Positions 1 to 12,624 are shown, counted from the stretch's first letter. The stretch: 64,000 nucleotides of DNA from Eledone cirrhosa (GCA_964016885.1 OZ024744.1:49972001-50036000); one strand, 5' to 3'. A program made the numbers and translations. The notes: generated from the sequence alone by a model not told the origin.

Positions 1-272
1 GTCCACGGTCGAGATATCAGAATTAGAGGTACAAGGGGGTATTCCCAGGGTAGGTGGTACTAAAATGCTGTCAGTATTATCTTTAGAGTATACAAATGGG
101 TGTGGATGTGAGGTGTAAGGTGAGCTACTGATGTTAATTGCTAGGGGTGGTGCCGGTTCCAGTCTGACATTATTATATATAGGGTTTAAAGTTTTGGAAC
201 GGGTGTCGGAAGCGGTGTTGGCAAGTTGCGAACACTTCTGATTTTTTATTAAGGAGATTATGTTTAGAGAAG
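1..272 (-). mobile_element. Penelope-like element 3' fragment (GIY-YIG C-terminus plus 3' UTR)
   Basis: The minus frame reads SKHNLLNKKSEVFATCQHRFRHPFQNFKP, matching the PLE C-terminus at 15850-15938 (LLNSKIERSIFCRHKIATRFTNFKPP). Confidence 0.6.
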
Positions 273-522
273 ATGGGCCCATGGTACCATGTGATGACAA
301 GTGTAGAAATATCTCCAGATATAAAGCAATGCCTGTGCCGTGAAGCTTTTATAGTGAGCAAAAGCACTGCACAAAGCCCGTCCCACTCTCTTAACCAAGA
401 TGATATTTACCAAAAAGAACAAGTCAACATCATTGGATACCATCAGGGTTGCTGATGTTATATCAGAGTTTTCCTTCTCCTAGAATTCTACCTTGACAAA
501 GGCTAAGGGGTAATTTCTCCCG
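273..522 (-). mobile_element. Short non-autonomous RTE-5'UTR-like repeat, copy 1
   Basis: Near-identical to 803-1052. Shares motifs (tcaacatcat, ccttctcctaga, tgacaa.ggcta.gggg) with 8360-8640 next to the RTE ORF. Confidence 0.55.
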
Positions 523-802
523 GTATATATACATCTCTCCATATACATATATACATACATACATACACATATATATACATACATATATACATACCTATAT
601 ATATATACATACACACACATATACATACATACATACATATATATATGGTGGCTGCCAACTCGTTTTCGAGTACGGCCACTACTTTATATCCATGTAGGAG
701 AACCCCTACTGATGCACTGAACGAGTGTGACTTTTTAGTCCAGCCAGCAACTTGAAAACTCTGGTACAAACACTACACTTGTGACAATTATTGACACATA
801 GT

Positions 803-1250
803 GCTGGGCCCATGGTACCATGTGACAAGTGCAGAGAGATCTCCAGATACAAAGCAATGCCTATGCCTTGAAGCTTTTATAGTGAGCAAAGGCACTGCAC
901 AAAGCCAGTCTCACTCTCCTAACCAAAATGATATTTACCAAAAAGAAGAACAAGTCAACATCATTGGATACCATCAGGGTTGCAGGTGTTATATCAGAGT
1001 TTTCCTTCTCCTAGAATTCTGCCTTGACAAAGGCTAAGGGGTCATCTCTCCCGGTGATTATGGATGGCCATTGACTCTTAAGAGCTCCTTTGCCCTTTGA
1101 CAGGTTTTGTTTTTAGTCCTGCAGGATGTCCAAAGTCACCCTCCTCACCAAGAAACCTTGGTGGGGTTGCCAGTTTAGTCGCCAGCGACCCAACCATGAG
1201 ACAGGTTATACTGGAATACATTTTACCAGTAGCACCAACTGGTGACCTGA
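803..1250 (-). mobile_element. Short non-autonomous RTE-5'UTR-like repeat, copy 2 (longer)
   Basis: Direct repeat of 273-522 extended to the (CA/TA)n tract at about 1250. Carries the TCTAGGAGAAGGAAAACTCTGA motif on the minus strand, as seen in RTE 5' regions. Confidence 0.55.
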
Positions 1251-1294
1251 CATATATATACATATATATATATGCCTACATATATATACATACA

Positions 1295-1332
<38 letters not shown>

Positions 1333-1400
1333 CATTCATATATATATATACATACATATATATATACATACATATATATATATACATACATATATATATA

Positions 1401-3386
1401 GCCTTATTAAGGCTTTACAGTTCGCCAAAGTCCCACAACTATTGGTAGCTGCTGTGGAATGCCTGACCAAGAACTGGTACACCAATTTGATCCTTAGAGG
1501 TGAGAAGGAGCAGGTTAAGACTGATAAGATACATTACCAGAAGGGCATCTTTCAGGGTGATAGCTTGTCAGTGTTACTCTTCGTTCTCTCACTGAATCCA
1601 CTATCTTACCTACTCAGGAAACAAGGTGGACAAAGAAGTGAGTCCAGAAGTATCTCCCATCTTTTCTTTGTTGATGACCTGAAGTTGTATGGGCCAAATA
1701 TCAATGACATCAAGAAACAATTGGACCTCATTACACAATTTTCAACAGACATCAAAATGAAATTTGGTGAGTCCAAGTGTGCATATTTGGCAGTAAAACG
1801 TGGAAGAGCTATGCCCTCCTCTAGAAATCTAGAGATGAACGGCCTGACAATACAACCTCTACAGTCAGGTGACAACTACAGATATCTTGGACAGGATGAG
1901 AATGTCAGATATGATGGACCCTTAAATAAGGAGAGAACCAGAACTGAATACCTCAGAAGAGTAAAGAAAATATGGTCATCAGAACTGTCAGCGTACAACA
2001 AATACATTGCCCACAATACTTATGCTGTGCCAATTCTAACGCCAACATTTGGCCTGCTGAACTGGTCATTGCAAGAACTAAGTGAGATGAATGCTAGAAC
2101 TCACAAACTTCTCAGTGTTACTGGGAACTTTAACATCAATGGTGATGTGGATAGGCTATACTACTCACGCAAGGCAGGTGGCCGGGGTCTAAAATCAATA
2201 CTAACAACATATGAGACCCGGATAGTAACACTGAAGCAACACCTTAAACAGAGGAAAAAGGTTGGCAACCATCTTGCCCAGGTTTATGAGCATGAAAAAA
2301 AAAATATCATTAGAATAGCGACTGATCTGGAGGAGATATATGGAATAAAGCCTGATATAAATCTCTCACCCAGAGAAATCGGAAGATCCTATTCAATGTT
2401 CAAACAAGATGAAAAAATTGACCAATTTACAGAAATACTTGTGCATGGATACTTGAGACGTAAAACACAGACCATAGAGGGGATAAACCACTCAAAAAGC
2501 CTGGCATGGAGTTCCGACAAGTTTATGACATCACACCTTGAGGGATATCTCTATGCAATACAGGAACAAGAACTCCCTACCAAATATCTGCTGCCCAAAA
2601 GAGGAGGGCCAGCAGCTGACAATAAATGTAGGCTATGTAAAACAAAGATCGAGGATGTAAGCCACATTGTTGCCAGCTGCGAAAGAATGTTTTGTCTCTA
2701 CTACCTCCCCATGAGACACGATGTGATAGCTAGAACCATCTGGAACACACTTCAGAAAACATAACAACAACAAACGAGGAAGAATATATTGAGACAGATG
2801 GCACTAAGGAATACTGGTGGAACCTTAAAATAAAAACTGCCACCAAATTAAAGCACAACCGGCCTGATATTGTTGTTTGGGACCACACATTGAAAACGTG
2901 TTCTGTTGTGGAGATCAGCTGCCCACTTGATGTAAACATTGTCAGAAAAATACAGAAGGAGGACATCTACGGACCATTGATGAGGAGTTTACAAATCCAG
3001 TATCCAAGATACACCTTTAGCTTCATACCCATCATTATTGGAGCTACGGGTTAACTTTACCTTTCATCCTTACGGGGTCGATAAAATAAAGTACCACTAA
3101 TGCACTGGGTAATTGCTGGCCTTGTGCCTAAAGTAGAAACAATTATTGGAGCTACAGGTTATATACCAACCCGCTTGGACCAAAGTATGACTGAACTTGG
3201 ATTTGCGGACAAAAAGCGCAGCTCCCTAATTCATAGTCTACAAATGGCTGCGATAGCTGGCACCTTCAAAATTTGCAAAACATTCTTGTGATTCAAGGGA
3301 TGACAATTTCTTTTCTTTTACAACCTTGCCACCAGGAAGGTGGCAGGTCAAAAAAAATATACTCAAAATTAAGAGAAAGAGATAAC
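1401..3386 (+). mobile_element. 5'-truncated RLE-type non-LTR retrotransposon, R4/Dong-like (RT, CCHC knuckle, restriction-like endonuclease), disrupted
   Basis: RT motifs [10 protein letters not shown] and [11 protein letters not shown], knuckle [18 protein letters not shown] and RHD. After a frameshift near 2760 it reads HNRPDIVVWD..VVEISCP..IPIIIGATG and ends at 3291. Flanked by TA-rich microsatellite on both sides. Confidence 0.85.
3049..3141 (+). mobile_element. 5'-truncated tRNA-SINE inserted in the RLE domain, with ~20-bp TSD
   Basis: Body gttaactt..cctttcatccttacggggtcgataaaataaagtacca matches the SINE at 26793. TSD attattggagctac(g/a)ggtta at 3034-3053 and 3142-3161. Confidence 0.85.
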
Positions 3387-3402
3387 ATATATATACATAC
3401 AT

Positions 3403-3922
3403 ATCATCATCATCATCATCATCATCAACGTTTAACGTCCGTGTTCCACGCTTGCATGGGTTTGGACGGGGGTAGTCCCACTTGAGGCAAGAGTGATTGT
3501 CTTGCTCGCATAGGACTGTCTGGCAGGTTTTCTACAGTTGGATGCCCTTCCTAACACCAACCACATTTACAGTGTGGGTCTGGGAGGTTTTTACTGTGTT
3601 GCCTACACGGCCACATTACAGCGTGGACTGTGTGTTTTTTTGTCGTGACACCTACACGATCTTATTTGTTTTGGCCTGGATGGCGCGGCACCAACATAAC
3701 TTTACATAGGACGGGGTGGTGTGGTTGGGTGGGGGTGGTAGCGGGACGGGGTCTATTTTGTTAGAGATGCCTACTGGCAAGGTGGGTCTTCTCTGTTACT
3801 GAGTACCGCCAAAGGTCTCGGTCCAGTGACATTGTCTTGGAGAGGTGTAAGTGTGTGAGGTCGGAGTTTATCAGCTCGTCCCAGGTTTTTCTAGGTCTGC
3901 CTATTCCGTGGCTACCGTCTAT
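3403..3922 (-). mobile_element. RTE LINE 3' end with (ATG)n tail, same family as 59424-60982
   Basis: Minus frame [21 protein letters not shown]. The 3' UTR is near-identical to 56059-56500 and 60590-60982, and a (CAT)n tail lies on the plus strand. Confidence 0.85.
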
Positions 3923-4457
3923 ACATATATATATACATATATATATACATATATATATACATATATATATACATACATATATATCTACATATATATATAC
4001 ATACATATATATATACATATATATATACATATATATATACATACATATATATATACATATATATATACATACATATATATATACATATATATATACATAC
4101 ATATATACATACATATATATATACATATATATATACATATATACATACATACATATATATATACATATATACATATATATATACATATATACATACATAC
4201 ATATATATATACATATATACATACATATATATATACATATATACATACATACATATATATATACATATATACATACATATATACATACATATATATGATG
4301 GCTGCCCCCTCGTTATCTAGTAGGGCCATTGCACGAGAAGAAAAAAAAATAAATAAAAAATAAAAAATAAATAAAATAAAATAAAATAAAATAAAATAAA
4401 ATAAAATAAAATAATAATAATAATAATAATAAATAAATAAAAACAAAATAAAAAAAG

Positions 4458-4524
<67 letters not shown>

Positions 4525-4720
4525 CATCTATACATACACACATACATACACATACACACACACATACACACACACACACACACATACATTAATAACAATA
4601 ATAATAATAATAATAATAATAATAGCAATAATAATAATAACGACAACAATAATAATATACATATTCATATATATATATACACACACACGCACGCACATAA
4701 GCATATCTACACACACACAC
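3923..4720. repeat. Compound microsatellite: (TA)nCA, (AAAAT)n, (TAA)n, (CA)n
   Basis: Read directly from the sequence. The YI/HT-rich ORFs here are artefacts. Confidence 0.95.
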
Positions 4721-4728
4721 GATAACAA

Positions 4729-7700
4729 CTAACAGTGCTGCGATCGAATGTGGCTTTTTAGCCCAGCCAATGATCTACAATGTCTTGCACAGAGTTGGCA
4801 ACTAAAACATTCACTGGGAATAGTCGGCTGTGGTTGGAGTTCGTGTACTTTTGCATGTCGCTTGAGCCCTCCTGCTGATTTACATTCTCTACCACATGTT
4901 TGGCAAGCATGATGAGTAGCATCTCCAACAGCAGCCTGGTAGTCAACCACTGGTCTTACTTTATGACTGCGAAGATGACTTTCGAGTCCAGCTTTGCTTA
5001 GGCAGAGTCTCGCACAGACGCTGCATGTCAGCACCATAGGAGGACCCTCGCCGTCTGGAAGTGCAACAGCAATGCCCTTCCTCACATCCCGCTTTACTTT
5101 CTCGTGTGCGATTCGAGATGCCTCAAAGGCAACTTTTCCCCCATATACAGTCTTTCTCCATTTATTACGATCAGCAGCAATATTTTCCCAAGTATCAGCA
5201 GAGATGTTAGCGTCTTTCAGAGAGGCTTTCAAGGAATCCTTATACCTCTTTTTTGGTTTATGTGGCGGTCGTTTTCCTTTAACCAACTCTCCATAGAAGA
5301 GTTGTTTTGGTATTCTAGAATCCTTCATCCTGGCAAGGTGACCACTCCAACGGAGTCGTTGCTTAAGCACAAGAGCTTCTATACTGTCACACATAGAGCT
5401 TTCCAAAATCTTGACATCACTGATGTGGTCCCTCCAGTGAACGCCATGGATCCGTCTGAGACACATCTGATGGAAACGCTCCAATTGCTTAAGGTGGTGC
5501 CGATATGTGACCCAGGTCTCGCAGGCATAAAGAAGACAAGAGAGTACACATGCCCTTGTACACCTTTACCTTTGTCCTCCTGCATATGTCTCGCCGACCC
5601 CAGAGTTGCCTTTCTAGCTTTCCGAAAGCATCACTTGCTTTCCTAATCCTAAGTGAGATTTCACCGTCAAGGTTGCCGTATCGATTGACAGTGCTTCCCA
5701 GGTAGACAAACTGATCAACCACTCCAAGTCGTTTGCCATACACATAGATGTTTGGTTCAGTGTACTGCTTACTAGGGGCAGGTTGGTACATGACGACGGT
5801 TTTCTTGAGACTGACAGTCAAACCCAGGGCAGTGCAAGCGTCAGAAAATGCATTCAAAATGTGCTGCATATCACTCTCTGTGTGCGCTACAAGATCGCAA
5901 TCATCTGCATACAAGAGGTCTCTTATGATTGATGTAAATACTTTTGTCTTCGCAGCAAAGCCTGATGTTAAATATGCTGCCTGAGGTTCGATATCGGATG
6001 TAAACACCATGCTCGCAATTCCTGAATGCAATACAGAAAACCATTGCAAAGTATATGGCAAACAGGGTCGGTGCTGGAATATCCCCCTGTTTCACTCCAT
6101 TTTTTACTGAGATAGGCTCCGACATGTTACCTCCGACATTAACCCAAGCCTTCATGTCGTCATGGAAAGACCTAACTAAAGCAAGGAACTTATCAGGGCA
6201 ACCAAGTTTCTGGAGAACCTTCCATAATGCATCTCTGTTGACAGTATCGAAAGCCTTTGTCAGATCGACAAAAACCTGATACAGATCCAAGCCTTGTTCA
6301 ATGCACTTCTCCTGGAGCTGTCTAGCTGAGAAGATCATATCAGTAGTGCCGCGTCCAGCACGAAAACCAGATTGACTTTCAGGAAGAACACAATCTGCAA
6401 TGTGTGTCAGCAGACGGTCCAGAAGCACCCTACATAAAACTTTCCCTACGACAGAAAGCAATGATATACCTCTGTAGTTCCCACAATCATTCCTGTTACC
6501 CTTTCCCTTGTACAAGACCACCATTACTGCATCTCTCCAGTCCTCAGGTACGGATTCATTAGCCCATATCCTTCCAAACAAAGAGTGCAGATGTTGCAGG
6601 AGTCTCTCACCACCATATTGTAGGAGCTCAGCATGTATGCCATCCATACCTGGAGATCTTCCACTGTTCAGCTTCGAAATAGCCACTGCAACCTCCACAA
6701 GTGTCGGAGGTTCTGCGAGAGCTACTTTCACAGGACTTTCTGGAATGAGATTGAGAAAATCTTCACTGACGACAGACGGCTGATTCAAAAGATCATCAAA
6801 GTGCTCTCGCCACCTTCGTAGAATTCCCTGTGAGTCACGAAGAAGTTATTTGCCATCCTTGCTGCGAAGCGGTGTCACCAGAGAAGAAGACGGTCCATAA
6901 ACCTCACGCAAGAGACTGTACAACAGCTTTGTGTTATTGGAATCAGACGCAGTTTGTATCTCACCAGCCTTCTCACTCCACCACTGATCCTTCATCTGAG
7001 AAAGACTCCGTCTAACACGTGATTTTACATCCCTGAGCTCCTCATGCAACGTATTCCTCTCCTGTGGTTTTGCCGTCAAGTAGCGTGACAGAGCACGCCT
7101 CTTATCAGCCAACAAGTCTTCTATATGTACATTATTCTCATTAAACCAGTCCTGATGTTTTCTCTGCACCAATCCCAGAACACGTCTGCCTACATCATAA
7201 ACCGACTTTTTAAGGGTCGGCCAATCCTCACCAAGATCTGCAGCCTGCATCTCTTCTTCCAATGTCCTCTTCACATTTTTATCCTTAAGACCAGCAGCAT
7301 TCAATCTTTTGGGCAGGGTAACACCAGGAGCCCGGATTTTACGTTTGGTGATTAGATTCACTTTTGGGCGTACCAGGCGGTGGTCCGTCCAGCACTCAGC
7401 TCCACGAAGAACACGAACACACTGCACATCCTGTCTGTCACGCATCCTGACTAGGACGTAGTCCAAAAGATGCCATTCCTTAGATGCAGGATGCATCCAT
7501 GTGGTCTTGAATTTGTTCTTTTTTTGGAACATGGTGTTGGTAACACACAAATCCAGCTCCTACACATCTGCAGCAAGAGCATGCCATTGCTGTTACACTT
7601 TCCCACCCCATGCCTTCCGATTACATTCCATGTGTTAAAATCCCTACCCACTCTAGCATTAAAGTCACCAAGCACGATGACTGTCTGCCTGAGGGATATT

Positions 7701-8270
7701 TCTTAGAACACCTTTCAAGGCATGGTAAAAGGACAGTTTTTCTTCATCGACAGAATTCATAGTTGGAGCATACACACTCACCAGGGTAGCATATCTTCCC
7801 TTGTCCAGCGGAACTCTCATGGACATAAGACGCTCACTAATCCCTACTGGGAATTCTTCTAATTTATTCACCAGTACAGTCTTAACAGCAAATCCTACCC
7901 CAGCCTCTCTTCTGGTTCCTTCATCTCTTCCTTTCCAGAAGAATGTATATTCTCCACAAAATTCCGTAAGATGACCATCTCCAGCTAACCTCGTCTCAGA
8001 TAAAGCCACGATGTCAAGATCGTAACGTCGAAGCTCCTTTGCAACAAGAGCGGTCCTTCGTTCAGGACGCTCCAAGGAATCCCTGTCAAGCAGCGTCCGT
8101 ACGTTCCAGCAGCCAAGAATAAATGCCCTGTTTGGCTCTATTACAATGGCACGATGACGGGCGGGCCCAGGTTGTGATAACTTGGGGCCCCTGCCCTTAT
8201 TGCCAATGATCTTTTTTGTTCCAGAACCCAAATTGGCAATTATCTCGTTTACATTGTTCTGGAGCATCAT
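4729..8270 (-). mobile_element. Near full-length RTE/BovB-like LINE (APE endonuclease, RT, three C2H2 fingers), frameshifted
   Basis: APE motifs [32 protein letters not shown] and TDH. RT motifs NYRGISLLS, QSGFR, FVDLTKAFD, GVKQG, LLYADD and FVYLGS, followed by LRWSGHLARM. Split across at least six ORF fragments. Confidence 0.93.
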
Positions 8271-8304
8271 TGAATTGGAAAAAAAAAAAAAAAAAGTAAT
8301 AATA

Positions 8305-8335
<31 letters not shown>

Positions 8336-8359
8336 TAGTACACTATTAATAATTATTAA

Positions 8360-8640
8360 TGCACTCGTGCAATGCCTGTGCGTGACGAATATTTTTAAAG
8401 TGAGGAAAGACTGTGCACTGAGCCAATCCCACTCTCTGAGCGACAGTAGCTATAACCCGAAAAGAAGAAAAGATCAACATCATCGGTAACTACTGAGCCG
8501 CAGGTTTAATATCGGAGTTAACCCAGTTTCCTGAGATGCCTTCTCCTAGAAGAATACCCTGACAAGGGCTAGGGGTTCTTCACTCCCAGTGGTTTAACTG
8601 CGCGATCGGGCATCCAGCCCGATTATTTCTGTCACCGCGC
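8360..8640 (-). mobile_element. RTE 5'UTR-like segment or bipartite RTE-derived short element
   Basis: Similar to 273-522 and 803-1052. Separated from the RTE ORF by (TAA)n and poly-A, with poly-A at 8641-8662. Confidence 0.5.
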
Positions 8641-8777
8641 AAAAAAAAAAAAAAAAAAAAAATCACTTATTGACACTTATACGTACGACATACACACACA
8701 CGCATACATATGCGCGCACACAGCAACACTCATACATACAACAAACACACACACACGCTACTCTACTCACTTACACG

Positions 8778-8810
<33 letters not shown>

Positions 8811-8985
8811 TACCGTCATTACTGATACAAGATTACAAGATTATGTCAACTGTTGACTTTCAAGAGTTTGTATAGTTGAAGCCGATCGTATTACAGTCCA
8901 GTATTACTATAATTGCTTTACAGCATACATACATACATACATACATACATACATACATACATACATACATACATACATACATACA

Positions 8986-9018
<33 letters not shown>

Positions 9019-9699
9019 CGTTAACATTAACATTTTCACAATGATACAATGATGCTGGCGTATTGCCTTGCAGTTCGTTATAGGTGCTATATATTTCAAG
9101 ATGGAATCTCTTTAACAAATGGTTAATAGAGGAAAATACTTCAGAGCTACCATTTTTTTTCAAATTTGAAAGTGGTGTATTTTTTTTAACGTCAAACATG
9201 GATCACGTGGTATGACATCCTAGCAATGTTCTGATCTAAGATATTGTCTTATTTGTGAAATTCAATGAAGTGTTGTACAGTGTACTTTTATGTTAGTCAC
9301 TGTGTAGTGACAAATACTGACCTGAGTGAAACGAAATGAGAGCGAACAAAGTCCATAAAACCTGAGTTACGTGCACACAAAGCACAAACAAACACAAATT
9401 ATGTACCATATCGTTAAATTCAATTACCGAAGCATGTAATTATTACACGATAATGTCAAACATCGTAACTAGTGTTTACTACCGTGAGAAATATCGACTG
9501 GTGACAAATATATTTCCATCAGCCTACAATAAACTTTTCTTTGTACGTCAAAACCTCATCAACAAAGCAACGAGAAAATTTACAAATAAACAAGTATATT
9601 TTATGTATGTATGCAAGCCCTCATAAATTTACGTTTCTCAACAAAATTACATACGCAGTTAATAAACAATCGCATATTCTCAACCCACCTATACGCTAC

Positions 9700-10870
9700 G
9701 TTTCCCTATCGACACACTCATAAATCGCGTCTGACATAAACGCCTCGACAAAAACTGCGATGTTTGAAGTGAAGTGTACTAAGACATTCTGGAAAAGATT
9801 CGCAAAAGGGATAAGCTCAAAGCACATCCAAGGAGACTCTGCTACTGCCTGCTAGGATATCATCCATGTCGCTATGCACAAAACTGTCTTGGATGCCTTT
9901 GGAGTTGTGAATTACACACATTGCGATCATTTTCCTCTAACTGCAGACATGTTAATACCATTAATCGAAACCAAAACCACAGCACAGTTCCTGTACAAAA
10001 CAGATGCAATAAGAATCAAGTGAAACAAGTGTTACAGAAAAGTTACGTCTCCGAACAAACAGCTACTTGAACAATTTGTACTTGGAGATACAACAGGGAT
10101 CTGACATGGGTAACCTCCGAGGATTGTTCCAAGGGCTGAAGAAGGCTATTCGACCAAACACAATGTAATTCTGTCCTCTAAAGTTCGTAAATATAATCCT
10201 GCTCACCGACACTACTCAGCAGATGTAGCTGTCTAAATGAGCCGAACGTTATATAGAGGCATGTGCATCACCAAGACCAATCAGGGATGAAACAATTATG
10301 AGATCACCCAGTTTTCCAGACGTCGCCAAGCTTGATGAAATGCCGACAATTAACGACTGATTGTCGCTGTGAATGTAACACCATTTGGCAAAACATCTGG
10401 ACTAGATGACGTTTATACGTAATAGTCAACTCATCCCATATATGTACATGATTGTAAGTAAATGCTGGAAAGAAGGATCAATACGAAATGAAATGAAAGA
10501 TGCAAAACTCACAACCCTTTGCAAGAACAAAGGCGCCTGCTAAAGGATATTGTGATAAGCATCGCACGATTCAGTGGGACTGGAAAGGTCTGTGCAACGT
10601 GTTGTTAATGCGCATAGAATTGCTAGCAAACTAAACATAACTCGAGTTACATTGCGATTTCTGTAGCAACAAGTCCACAACTACTATCGTCTTCGTCAGA
10701 TTCAGATGTGTAGAGAAGAAGTGAATTTCTTATATATTGCTTTTGTTCACTTAACTAATGGTTTCGACCTTTGAAGAGATGTTTGTAGAGATGTTTGTAT
10801 GCTATCCTAAAGAAAATTGGCGATTCACGAATGCTGTTCAGACACATTCAGATGTTCAGATGCATTCAGA
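9700..10870 (+). pseudogene. Highly degraded RTE-like LINE fragment
   Basis: Residual motifs GLKKAIRP, MKDAKLTTLCKNKG and YIAFVHLTNGFDL, with many stops and frameshifts. Confidence 0.6.
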
Positions 10871-10927
10871 TGTTGCTTTATAGTATGTTTATAGAAATCT
10901 CTCTCTCTCTCTATATATATATATATA

Positions 10928-11340
10928 AGCAAAAGGGATATTTAATTTGTTGGTAATTCAACAAATATAAATGTTTATAACTGATTCGAAGGACTCGACA
11001 GTTTTTCTGGAGTATAATATTCAATGATATTAAATAAATGGAAACTATATTTATAAAACCAAGGGTATTTCAAGGGTATCAAAACTTTGGTACGCCCTCA
11101 TCAGATAAAATACAAAGTTTGTTTTATAAATATTGACATAACCAGGAAGAAAATCTTAACGGTTCAGGAAAAACTTGAACCGTTAAGATCTTCTTCCTGG
11201 ATATGTCAATATTTATGAAACAAACTTTGTATTTTATCTGATGAGGGCGTACCAAAGTTTTGGTACGCTTGAAATATATATAATAGAATAAATATATGGT
11301 TTTATAAATATAGTTGCCAGTTATTTAATATCATTGAATA
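10928..11340. mobile_element. Fold-back PLE 3'-end element (family B) between microsatellites
   Basis: Inverted arms centred near 11170 (cttaacggttcagg-aaaaa-cttgaaccgttaag). The terminus ggttttataaatatagtt.cca.ttatttaat is shared with the PLE 3' end at 55880-55920 and with 63150-63190. Confidence 0.75.
11231..11289 (+). ncRNA. Minimal type I hammerhead ribozyme (family B)
   Basis: ATTTTAT-CTGATGA-GGGCGTACCAAA GT TTTGGTACGCTT-GAAA-TATATA-TA^-ATAGAAT. Stem I is 7 bp, stem II is long, helix III is palindromic and the triplet is AUA. Confidence 0.8.
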
Positions 11341-11365
11341 CACACACACACACACACACACACAT

Positions 11366-11442
<77 letters not shown>

Positions 11443-11725
11443 TATATATATATATATATACATATATATATACATATATACATATATATATACATATATA
11501 TACATATATATATATATATACATATATATGTATATATATATGTATATATATATATATGTATATATATATGCATATATATATATATACATATATATATATA
11601 CATATATATATATACATATATATACATATATATACATATATATGTATATATATATATGTACATATATATATATATACATGTATACATATATATACATATA
11701 TATGTATATATATGTACATATATAT

Positions 11726-11868
<143 letters not shown>

Positions 11869-12157
11869 CAAATAACGAAACGAAATTAAACTTCGTTTCG
11901 TTTGTAACTCACTTTTGTATGACTGACGCTTAAACAATTAAGTTAAAGATGTACATCCATATATGTATACTGAAATACTAGTATGTATATGAATACACAC
12001 ACGTATACATATGTAGATGTACCAAGTTTTTTCACTGGTCACTTTACTGTGAGTGGCCAGCTATTCTGTATGTAAACACACAGACAAACCGGTTTTTAGA
12101 GTCATACTGGTTTTTGAGGAAACACCTTTCCTCTATTCTCCAGAAAGCCAGACAAGG

Positions 12158-12202
12158 AATATTGAACTAGTTTCGTTGTTGTTACAACTCATCAGCAATA
12201 TT
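12158..12202 (-). ncRNA. Minimal type I hammerhead ribozyme (family A, unit 1)
   Basis: Reverse complement reads AATATTG-CTGATGA-GTTGT AACA ACAAC-GAAAC-TA-GTT^-CAATATT. Confidence 0.9.
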
Positions 12203-12287
12203 TACCTATCTTCCGGCCTCTCTAGAGAATCGTAAAAGCACATATCGTTATATGCTTTTTCTATGAAAATTAGTAGTGGGCAGACTA

Positions 12288-12295
12288 ATTTGCAT
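12288..12295 (-). promoter_or_regulatory. Octamer motif ATGCAAAT upstream of the HHR (family A)
   Basis: Perfect octamer, present in every full A unit (e.g. 12929-12936 on +) and in family E (17837-17844, 62322-62329). Function is inferred only. Confidence 0.4.
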
Positions 12296-12624
12296 AGAGT
12301 GTGAGTAAGTACCGGTTCAACGGAGACGATAAAAACAAATAACGAAACGAAATTAAACTTCGTTTCGTTTTTAACTCACTTTTGTATGACTGACGCTTAA
12401 ACAATTAAGTTAAAGATGTACATCCATATATGTATACTGAAATACTAGTATGTATATGAATACACACACGTATACATATGTAGATGTACCAAGTTTTTTC
12501 ACTGGTCACTTTACTGTGAGTGGCCAGCTATTCTGTATGTAAACACACAGACAAACCGGTTTTTAGAGTCATACTGGTTTTTGAGGAAACACCTTTCCTC
12601 TATTCTCCAGAAAGCCAGACAAGG

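Noticed and set aside
1130-1250. Possible HDV-like ribozyme at the RTE-type 5' end (minus strand)
   Set aside because: Some pairings exist (ccagt/actgg, gtcgc/gcgac), but I could not assemble P1, P1.1 and L3. It needs an RNArobo/Infernal search.
1097-1400. N-terminal ~100 aa of the 555-aa ORF
   Set aside because: Chance read-through of an antisense repeat and microsatellite into a 5'-truncated RT.
3761-4728. Many YI/IY/HT-rich ORFs here and at 11.3, 19.7-21.5, 23.5, 29.2, 31.1, 57.2 and 63.2 kb
   Set aside because: They are translations of stop-free (TA)n/(CA)n microsatellites.
11060-11110. Mirror hammerhead in the left arm of the family B palindrome
   Set aside because: Helix III and the 3' strand of stem I are deleted (GAAATACCCTTGG), so it is not counted as intact.
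12053-12235. Repeated 60-aa ORF MASYSVCK.. in family A
   Set aside because: GTG start, antisense to the HHR, frameshifted in the 58170 copy and no recognisable domain.
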